A stretch of DNA of 64,000 nt from a virus. Within the stretch, counting starts at the first letter, position 1. Each line of letters opens with the position of its first letter. The stretch spans positions 27,667 to 91,666 of the IMG/VR virus record IMGVR_UViG_3300010885_027635; one strand, given 5' to 3'. Below the pieces are notes generated by a model. The model was given only the letters and a program-made list of their open reading frames with translations, ran no database searches and was not told where the DNA came from. Below are positions 18,057 to 30,000 of the stretch, piece after piece. A program made the translations under genes and the position numbers.

Positions 18057-21000
18057 TTATTGGCCCCTCAAAAACTGTGCGCACTGATTAACAGTATCTT
18101 GTAACGGAACTCCGTCGCTGGGCTCGCCAATACCAGGATTATACCAAGTTACTCCACGGCGTACCAAAATAGTCACTTCTGCTCCGTTAACCGGAGCAGT
18201 ATCAAATGTTACAGTGCATGGATTATCCGCAGTAATAGTAAATCCAGCTTGCACTCGAATACCAGCAACGTAAACTTCTACAGATTCGTCTCTAATGGTA
18301 CTATCTTCCAACAGCAAATTAATGTCATCAGCTATAAACGTTACAGTACTTCCGTCAGCTAATGTGCTGTTACTTACAATGTAATTTTGAAATTGTACTG
18401 GCAACAAATTGCCACGTCCTAGATCAGTAACCACTGCACCAGTGCTATGCTCTGCAACAGCAGTACCGGCTGTGCCACGTAACAATCCACTAACAGTATT
18501 GTCCACAGTATTTCTTTCGCGGTACATGATACGCTCGCCGTCGACCATGAGCACTCCCCAAATGTTAAGAGCTAAATCTGGTTGGCCCAATGCTGATGCG
18601 TTGTCAACATGAACAACGTTGCTGTTTATAGTCAACGACTGTGTTAAAGTTGTAGAGCTAGATGGTGTGATACGATATGTAGCTTGTACTCCACGCATGT
18701 CCTGGAATATGCGGAAGGCCATGGCTTCTGGAACCACTGTGTCTGTGATTTCTGTAATCATCAATACATCAGCGGCCTGCATGACTCCAGAAGTTAAAAT
18801 TAACTCTTCGCCAACAATGGTAAAATCATAGTTATCAAACAGTCGACGACCGTTTAATGTTACCCAAAGTCGACTAGGATCAGTAATTACACGGCCTAAT
18901 TGTATGTCATTTACGGTAATTTCAGTTCCGGCACTGTAGTCAAACAATCCTGGAGCAGTTTCAAACGGGTCAAGCACAGCTGGGCTATCAAAGTCAGTGG
19001 AATCATATGGTTGTACCACTGTTGCACCTGTGGTGATTGGGCCAACAATAACTTTGGTCAAAATGTTTTGTTGACGTGTGTCATTCCACGTTGTAACAGA
19101 AATACTGTCGCCATTGTTTGGTACAAGACCACTACCTTCAACAAACAAAAGCTGATCGCCATTAACATAACACTGTGTTCCTGCGTTTACACAAATTAAA
19201 ATTCTAGTTCCTATTGCTGGCTCTTGAGCAAACACCACGCGACGTGGATATCCGTTGTAGGGCTCGACTGCAAAATCAACACCAAGCGTCTGAGGAATGT
19301 CATTAAGATACACGTCAACTTGATTATCGGCAATTAGGCTTTGACTAAATCCTAAACGTTCTGGTAATAGATATTCAGTGGAGCCATCACCGTACCACTC
19401 AATTCCTGCAGAAGTTCTTGCACGAACTCCGTTTACAGTTACAATCAAATTGTCAGGATTGGTGTACTCTAAACTGTTATCTAAATTGTAAGCCAGTACG
19501 CCAGTCACGCCGGCAAAGGTTTGAGTCTGTGGGGTACTCCAACTATAATTTGTTGTTACTCCATTAACGGTGGTGGGTCCAATAGCAAATAAACTTATAA
19601 AGTCGGTGACATTGTATACTGTTCCAAAACGAATACGAGTAGAGTTAAATCCTGCGGTAGCATAGGTATAATCAGTAGTTAATACACCATTGACAAAAAT
19701 AGCAAATTCTTGAATTTGGTTGTAGGCCACGGGCACTGTGATGTACTCACCAACATCAGCACCATTGTAGGTCTGTTGGTAAAGCTGGTTACCACCACCC
19801 AATCCATATACTTCAACTGTAACAATGTTTCCAGCACTAACTGATGATAGAATTGTTACAGTTTGATCGGTCCAATCAACTGTATAGTTGTCATCCAATG
19901 TTAATTGTGTGCCAAGAGTTTGATTATAAACTATAATCTGCACAGGATAATCTAAGAGTCCAGCAAAACTTAACACAGTATCGGCTGGATCAAATACAAA
20001 GTTACTAATTTTTTCCGGGAATCCGTGACCGTTGCCTAGCCAATCTGCACCAGGACGAGTATAAATTCTCATGTCCAAAGTATCAAATTCAGCACCTGGA
20101 ATTAATTCTTCTGGTGCATGACTACTGAATACATCAATATAGGCTCCGCCATCCACAACCACAGCATCAGGTTGATTTGGTGGTGCACCATTGTATGCTG
20201 GTGCAGGGTTTGTTCCTAGATAAGGGTCTAAATAATTGCTTTCATAGATGGCATCAAGTATGCCTGGATCGTAAGTAGGAAGTCCTTCTGGGCCATACGA
20301 AATATTATCAAACGGGCTAATGTCGTAATTGCCAACATCAAAGCCGGTGTTTTGATTGAAGTCTGGTGCATCAACTTGTACTCCAGGATAATCAATACCG
20401 TCAATTAACAATGGCAAACTTAGACCGAGCTCGTTGGCTGTAGGTGTGTAGAATCCCATGGTACGATCTACACCACTAAGTGTGTCAGCTGGTACTAAGG
20501 TCCATTGTGCAGGATCAAATGTAGCACTTTCTACACCAGTACTATCGCCGCTGTCTGCTTCCCAAACTCGATTGGCATATCTAACTTGTGTACCATTATC
20601 GTAGTTAACATTGGGTTGCCATTCGTAAATGGTACTTACATATTGATATCTATCGTACTTGATAGTTGTTTTAATACTGCGGATCAAGTCATTGCCCATA
20701 ACAGCAACAGCTCGCACTCCAACGCCATTACCGCCGGCAAATGATATTAATGCTGTACTAATATAACCAGATCCAGGATTATCAACTGTGATTGATACTA
20801 CTTTGCCAGCACTGTTAATCACCGCTGTCATTGTTGCTTGTTCAACACACTCGCCAGTGACTATTACTTCTGGAGCAACAGTATATCCAGCACCGCCATC
20901 CACAATAGTTACACTTTGAATGCTTAACAAATAATTGTTATACCATTGTTTCCAAGGATCCATAGTCCATATTTCAGCATTAGGACCCGCATCACTGATT

Positions 21001-24000
21001 GTATTTTTAACCACGCTGTCTGACAGGGTATATGGATGTCCAGCAGTATCATCTTGTAGCACTGGACTTATAAACTGTGGCTGTGCCAACGCAGAATTCC
21101 AATATGCTGGAACATCAAAGTCTGTTAGCGATCCAGGATAATCGTCTTGTCCGTTGTAAGCAAGATTAAACTCTCTGATTTGCACATGGTAAGGTTTGAC
21201 TTCTTGGATATAATCCAACACAAATGTTTGATTGTCTTGCAAATAAGTTTGATACGGCAACAGCGAACGAATCTTGTGGAACACATCAATAAAGCTGTTT
21301 TTAACCAACCAACTTGGAGTGGTGAATTCACTGTAGATAAAATTAAACACCAACATCAATGCACGATTACGTTCAATAGCCAGGTCATCAATGAATAATT
21401 CTTCATTGATTGCTTGAATAATTTTTCTAGTCTCAATCACTGGTTCTTGATCAAAGTACTGAGCATCAAATACCTCAACACCAAACCCAAAGTTGCCAGC
21501 TGAATAGTTCCATAATTCTTCTTTAAACTGTATGGTACCATCTTGAAGGCCTGCACGTTCCCAGCCAAGGTCGGTTCTTAGATAAATTTCAAATTTTCCT
21601 TGTGCGTTGGCAGTAACCTTAACGCTACTACCCACTGGAGCCGCTTGTAGAGACAAAGTATCTAGGGCTGAATATACTGGTACTTCTGCTATTGGCTGGA
21701 CAGTACTATTGTATCCAGGCAAGTACCAATCAATATGATCCCAATACAGTCTTGTATCATAATTTTGAACGCGAACTAAATTAACTGTTCTTTCTGTAGA
21801 AACAACATCTGAGATTGCTACTTCGTATATGGTCCACAAACCATTTTGTGTGCTAGTAGATTCTACTAGATATAGATATCCCAATGGGACACTGTTTAAG
21901 TTTTGATAGCTGAGTTCTTCAAGATTGGCCACACGTTTATTCCAAACTACAACACCATCAACAGTTGATGTTGGCTGTGGCTCGGAGCTGTTTAGTAAAC
22001 TTAATTTTCTACTTTCAATAATAGGAAACTGTTTCAATACGTTGTTGGCACGACCTAGATAATTTTCCAAGGCCATGAAGCGATCAATAAACATACTTTG
22101 ACGTGGACGGAATTGTACACCATAGCGTTCAGCTGGGCTCAAGAACGGATCCGGAACTACAGCACCAGCGGTGTCGGCACCGCAGAAACTATCTTGTAAT
22201 TTACGATATAATGTAGCACTCAAGAATGCGTCTGGTTTATTTTGTGCAATAAATTCATACTCTGTGTGAATATTTGCGTCGGTTAATTGTCGATCATAAT
22301 CTATGTGCAGTATTGTGTCTGCCGCTGATATGTATTCGAGTCCGTTATAAATGGCCACTGTGCTGGCATTAAGAGCAGCAATGTAGGGGATACCACTGTT
22401 GCGTGGATTTTCAATATATCGAGAAACACCTACAGCACTAAGAGTTTTTCCAGCACCGGTACTGATGGTTGTGATTCCTCGTACCCAGTAATAGTACGTG
22501 GTGGTAAACACATTTTCTTGATTTAAACTGCTCCTCACAGTGTAACTTGTAGTACTTAATGGAGTACCAACACCGGTGTAGCTAAGAGGTGGAACATCAC
22601 TGGCTACCCATTGATAAATGTCAACTCGACTGCCTGGAAAGGTTTGACTCCAGCGACGGCTTGCGTATACAATGTCGTCTTGATTTGGATCAATAAATCT
22701 TACTGTGTCAGTATCCCACCACATTTGACCTACATGTTCAGATCCCCAACTGTTGCCGTTGTTATGAATTGAACCAGTGTTGTAACTGGCTGGATCTACC
22801 GCACCAATATAATCTAAGTTTCTGCGAGCGGCACCAAGAATTTTTCCTTGCAACGGATCAATAAAATCAAAGTATGTCTGGGTCGACGATGTTAATTTAT
22901 CATACATGTACACGCCATTAAGCAGATCAACATCAACCACTGGTTGTTGTTCGTGTATTACTGTCCAGGCCAATTTGCGATCTGGATTATTAAACACATT
23001 GACACGACCATAATTTGTTGTGCTATCGCCAAGGTCGTTGCCCGGGACACCCACCATGAGTCGACCGCTGGTAAAGTTTACTGCAATACCAAATTGATCA
23101 TTGGGCATTAACTCTTCTGCGTAAATCTGCTGACCAAATACAAATTTGCCAGGATTTGTCACTGATGAGGTTGAGCTTGGTAGATAATCGTAGGTATAAA
23201 CTACGCCACTGTTGTTGATTGGGTGGAAGAATGTGGTGCTACGATCGTCAAAATAAGTTTCACCGCCGTCAAAGATTTCAGGTTGGTAAACATTGCCGTT
23301 GGGTGCTCCAACTACCAGGTTAACATTACTAGAATCAATGCTCAAAGCACTACCAAATTGTGCAAAATCAGATGTGCTTGGGCTGACAATTGTTTGTGCG
23401 TAAACAAAAGTATTCCATCCAAGATCATCAAATGCAGATCCAATTACTCCAGGCAATACTGTAAGTTTATTAAAAGCTGTAGCAGATTCTGTATTTTTTA
23501 CGTTTAATGTCATGCGTCCTGACACTACAGTAACTACTGCTCCGGTAATAGGTGCCAACACAAAGAATATTTGTTGTGTGGTGTTGTTGTAGATGTAATC
23601 AGATCCATAATTTTGCAATGTATTGTTAACATATACCACTGTAGTATAACTATCAGCAGCTGAATAAAGGGTTCCTATATCAAATACTTTAGTTGCACCA
23701 TCACCAACAAATTCTGCATTGGCAGCCATTGTGGCTACTACATTAGGTATTCCTGCGGCATTAATAGCAGATATTAACCCTTCAATGTTATTGTTGGGAA
23801 CAACCGGAACTGTTACTTCATAATTGTTAATTCGTATAGTATCGCCAGCAGTTAAAGAAGGATTGGCTACGGTACTGGTTGTAACACCATATACCCGACT
23901 TTGATTTACATTTCTTTGTACGCTACCAGCTTGTGGAAGAACTGAGCTGTCCAACGGTGCACCAACATAAAGACTACAATTGGTTGGACAAAGGTCAATC

Positions 24001-27000
24001 GCCTGGCCAAATGCTGTTTCGTCCAATGGTGCGTTGGCAGTAATCTTTTGAATTTGACTGAATTGATTAGTTGAAACGCTTAATACATCGCCCACTGTTA
24101 CTGTTAAATTGTCAAGTAATGTAATTTCATTGGTATAGAGATTAACATTTACTTGGCCATTAATGAATTGAATTGTCGTAAGTCCGTTGGTATCTGTAAA
24201 TTCGTAAACGTTTAAAAATTGATTGTTTAATGCAACAGATACTGGGCCAGTTACTGATCCTGGCATACTGTAAGTTACCGTATCAACATTGTCAATCAAG
24301 TAATTTAGTATGCTACGGTCAAACGCATATACAGAGCCAGCATGTGCAATAGTTCTTCCATTGGCATCAATTGCAGAATCTCTGTTGCAACCAACTAGTA
24401 CCTGAGCACCATTGGTTGCGGTAGCTAGGCTAACACCAAATCGTGAATCATTGGCAAGACCAGGAACAGAAATTGTATCGCAATATTGCCAGTAAGTATT
24501 TGAAACCACATAAATGTTGGCTCCGGCTGGCGGATTTGTAAGTAAACGTAAATCTGCTGTGGTTGCTGTACTGTCTTCGTTGAATTCGTAATCAATGTGT
24601 GGGCGTTGTAACACGCCATCTATTGTGACTACAAATGAGTAGATGTCCAAAACTGTGTACAGATACGGACTTAATGAAAATACTGCGGTATTACTAATAC
24701 CAGATCCAGTAAAGGTAAATTCTGTTATGGATCCACCAGTCTGAGCGGTTACTGTAATTACCAAATTATTAGCAGGAGCAACACCACCAATTTGTGTTCC
24801 TAGAATGGTCAACTGGTTGCCCACTACATAATTTAATCCACCATCGGTTATTGTAACAGTGTAAACTCCTCGTGTGACATCAACTGTGAATTTTGCATCA
24901 AGTCCGCTGCCGGTGGTTGAATTTTGTTCAACCTCAAAATAAGTTGCAGAATCCAACTGAACTGCTTGGCGGCGAGTTATAGCCAAGCGTTGCCCAGGTG
25001 GTGGTGGTACTGAAAAAACTATATTGTTTTGATTTACTGCATAATCTGTAAATTCGTAAAGCAATTCATTGTTAAGACTTACTGTTAACTGATCTGGTTG
25101 AGTATAATCAATCACCAAAGAATCAGACCAATTAAATGAAGTTGTGATTCCGTTGGTTTGGTAAGTCACATATTGTTCTTCTACATCAACTCGACCATAG
25201 GCATAAACTCTGCCCCCAGCATCAGCATATGGTGCCGATACATACATCCAACGTTCATCTTGGCTTATTGTTACGGCATAGCCAAATCTTGCTGCACCAA
25301 AATTTTGATCTGGGGCAATTAATAATTGTGTTGTACTGTATCCGCCGGTGACTGGTGCTCGGTATATGGTAGCAGCATAGCCTGTGTTATTTCTACTGGC
25401 ACTGGCCCCAGCCACCGCCCAAGTATTTTGTCCAAATTTAACTGCATTACCGTATCCAGTTACATTGGCGGCAGTTAATTCTAATTGTATATCTTGCAGA
25501 TATAGATTGTTAGTGGTATCTCGGATATAGGAATATACTGCACCGGCATCTGTTCCGGTGCCCGGACTGCCTACCAAAGCAGCAGATAAATTTAATGGTT
25601 GAGTCACACTTACGCCATATTGTGAATTGTATACCAATGGATCTGGAGAGAACTCATCAAACCCAGTGAATGGATTTTGTTTTTCTAATACTTCCCAGTG
25701 TCCTGAGCCGTTGTCATCAACATACGCTTTGGCACCAGAAATTAAAGAATTAGAATATGGCAATGATGCTACGTCACTAGCTTGTGACACACGCATGGTC
25801 TGTAGATAAAATACCAATCCACTACCTATTAAGCTGGTTTGGTTGGAGCTTCCAAAGTTAAAGGCAACTGTTATAGATGAAATGCCCGGTACGGCCAGCA
25901 CACGATACACACCGTTTACATTGGCATTAAAATAACGGAAAACTACAAGATCGCCTATAGATAATCCGTGTGGTTGAGAAAATTGTGCAATGCTGGTGCC
26001 ATTTAAATTATCGGTGACTAGTATTAATTGCCCTGGTACACGACTACATCTATATACGTCCCAATCATAGCTGTTAGATTTGGCGGCCCAAATAGTAGTA
26101 CCAACTCCAATGTCGTTGATGTTTGCGGCAATGCTTGTTGGGTCATCAAGACTAAACACTGTTAGGTCTACATCATTGAGATTTACATATCCAGCACTAG
26201 GCAATGCAGTATCGCGGTTGGTTGTATACGTGGTTGGTAAAATATCAGGGCTGGTTAGTTTATAACTTTCACGCCATACATCATCTAATAAAATAGTTTG
26301 ATTGGCCTGACTGGTTTCGCCAGGATTGATTACCTGCACAGTGCAAGGATCTGATCTTAAGTAGGCTTCATTTAATCTTAGTTCAAAGAAACTGCGGTTA
26401 GCATTGGCTCCGTATGTTCCAACCAATACACCCCAGTTTTCAAAAATTTCATAATCACCAGTTTCTTTGCCCAGGTCTGCACGAGTAAACAATTGTGCAG
26501 ATCGTAGTGTACCTTTGGTAGGCAAGAATTGTTGATAAAGATTTACTTGACTGATATCGTCTAGGTTCAAATCAGTCATATACTGGCGTGGGCGGAAACC
26601 TATAAGTCCAAAACTTAATAAATCGTTGTCGCTTTCAAGATTGGCTTGTTGTGTGTCGTAGCTGTTGGCCAATTGATTGGCTTTGTTGGCCAAGTTGGGC
26701 AACAGACCACCTTGTATTTTAGTGTAGTCACTCTTGACCCAGTCATTGTAATCAAATTCTACTTTGGGTTGTACAATAGTTTGTGCTGACCAATAGTTGT
26801 TTTTATAAATTACAATTTCGCCTTTGGTGTATTTTTTGTTTGGCAACCATTCTTTGACATTACTGTTATTATTAAGTATAAAGCCTTGTGCATCTAACAC
26901 ACCATTCCACTCATTGGACGTAGCTGCAACTATACGGATACGACTTTGTCTTGCTGAGGTAGCAGGATCGTACACAAGATCTTGGAATATGCTGACATTG

Positions 27001-30000
27001 TCCAGGACCATCATAGTTTCATAACTGGTAAATTTCAAATGCAAATATGATATAGATTGATTGCTTGCACTAGTCACACTAAATGCATCACCATCACGTT
27101 GTACAATCAAATCTCTAGTAGGAAGAGTGGTGCGATTTTGATCAAGTAAAAGTTGTTCTGGGCTGGTGCTGATAATAGTATCAACTACTGATCCAGCACG
27201 GAATGCCTTGAGTGTAGTAGCACACGGATTTAAATTGATAATAGTGCCAGGCGTCCATCCTTGTTGACTGTAGTATAAAAACTCTGTGGCCATTTGTGTC
27301 CAGTCAAGTTTGTAACCATTTTCATAATCATTGAAAATTAACCCTTGCTTTTCAAGATAAGCACCGTAGCTTAAAATAAAATCAACTACAACAGTATTAT
27401 TAACAAAAGTATATCCATAAGGTATTTGTACTACTGTATCACTATATTGTGCTGGTACTCGAACTGCGGTACCTCCACCGCTGACTGTTTTTAACAATCC
27501 GTTGCTGGCACTAGCAAAAATATTAAAATATGGCGTGGCATTGTTGTATCCGTATACTGCATAACCGCCTGAGACTATTTCAATGATTAACGCACTATAA
27601 ACAATTTCGTTGAATGGCTGATTTTTATACAACAACAATTGATAGTTGTTGTCCGGCAATGTCAAACTACTGTTGGTACTGTTTGGACTTTGACGTTCTA
27701 ATATCACGTCAAGGTATTGTTTGTCTGTGAAACTGGCCATACGATAGCACAAACGCACATCAAGATTGGCCAAATCGTTAGTCAACGCAGTTGTACTGTT
27801 ACGTCCTAATTGACGATTGTAGTCAACGATCCAGTCAATGTAACTGGCCTTGCTGACGCCGTTGCCATATACTTCTATGCCATTGGCATCTAGCCTATAA
27901 CGCCCATTGTAAAGATATTGTTCCAGTTCAAAATCATAACGATATAAATCTCTATCAGCAAACAGGGCAAAGAATTCTGCTGGCTTGGTCAATATCAACA
28001 AACGCATGACCGCAAATGGATAACTGGAACTCATCCACCAACTTGCTTCTACTGGGCCGCCGTCGCCGGCACTCCAACTCTTTTGGAATGCGTTAGAATT
28101 ATAACTGCCAACTACACTATAAAGTGGTGCCAATAACTCGCCTTCTGTGCCAACAGGAATAAGTTTTGTTAGGCCTGGTCTTACATAGTTGGGTTTAATG
28201 TAAGGTGCAATTGGGTCTGCTACCAAGCCAGCCTCTAAGTCGTCCCACAATACCAAGTTATCACTGGTATATGGGGCAGGACCATAGCGTTCTTCCCACC
28301 AGACTGGTTTTTCAGTCAGGCCCAACATCTCCCAGGGAGTTAAATTGGGAGTTAATGTGTCGTAGAAATAACGATAGATGCCACGCCAGGCACCCAATAA
28401 CGGGTCTTCGTTAATTTTGTTGCCAGCGGTGCTGTAATTGTAAGTGAATGGATTATTGGCAATGTAGTCTTGACGTTTATAATCCAGTTTGTTCCATCCA
28501 ACCCAGGTCAAAAAACTTTCACTCAAGATATTATTGATATTTGTTTGAGTGTAATCAGTCTTGCGGAAGAACCCAGGAATTACTTCTTCCGCAGTTAGCG
28601 GTACTGGGTTGCCGTCGTTTTTTAAATTGTCATAGATACGTTTTTCAAATTCTAATAATATTTGATCACGTATGTCAATGCGGCCATTGTTGTATTGATC
28701 TGTAGTGGTGAAAGCAATAGTGATACTGCCATCATGCCCTTGCACAACCAATGCAGGATTCACATAGTCAATGTCATAGAATATTCTTGGCAAATACTTT
28801 GGATACAGTCCTAGTTTAGTAGGAGTATTAGGCACAAAATTGCCGGCGGTATTGCCATACTCATTGATGGTTACAATATCCCCAACATTCAGAGGAACTG
28901 TTATAGTAAGTCTGGGACTATCTGTGGCCACTACATATTCTACATCACGAGTCAATAAAGTTGTGACTGGCTGATTATTAATAGTCCTTGTCAGATATAC
29001 CAGTAATCCAAGATAGTTAGAACTGGTAAAATCATAGGTCTGTACTGTGTTGAATATTGGAGTGCTAATTGGGGTAATAGTGTTGACTGTTTGTGTGTAC
29101 ACCGACCCTGTAGGCAACATGTCGCTCCAATAAAATGGATTAGTATCTGTACGTCCATTGGTAATAGTGGCTATAGCTGAATCTAATATTTCAGCCACAG
29201 TCATGTCTCCATAATCATTACGTACCACAGTGTCTATCAACAAAGATTTAAACTTGATGTACTCTCGGCTGTTGTATTCTAATGCACCAAAAATATCATA
29301 TTCTTTGCTACGCATGAAATAGCCGGCCAAGGTCAACGGACTACTTTGTTGTAGTATTTGTTGACCAAAAGGAACAATGTTGCCCAAGTCTCTGGTGTTG
29401 TTTGGGCCAATAATTGGACCTACAAGTCCAAGCAAATTTTCGCCAACAGTTTCGTAATGTGTGCGAGCTGTGCCTAAAGTAAAGATACTATTGTTGGTAT
29501 TGAGTGGATTATTTTCTAAATTAACAGGAATTTGATAAAATGCTGTTGCACTGACCTGATCACTTAATACCGCTACTTCAATTACATCACCTGGCAACAC
29601 ATAAGTTTTGCTCATGGTAATAGTTGTAGTATCACTAGTGGTGGTGTAGGTATATCGACCTGGGTCTTGGAACTGGCTGTTTACATATAATTGTACAGCT
29701 GGTATTACGTTGTTGGTATTAACCGCTACATCTAATAGCAAAGGACTACCATCGTAAGTAAATTGAAATTGTTGTCTTTGGATACTGCGTGTAGCAGCCG
29801 GTTGCCAGCCAATTTCACTACGATAATCTAGTCTGTTAGAATACTGTCTTACAAATCCACTGCTGACATCAACAGTCTGACCTGTTGATCCTAACACATA
29901 ACCAAAGGTGTCTGTATAAAGATTATTGTCAAAAACAATATCACCAATGTTATCCAGGCTCAAATATCTTAAAGGAAATCCTAGCACAGCGTCTGGACTG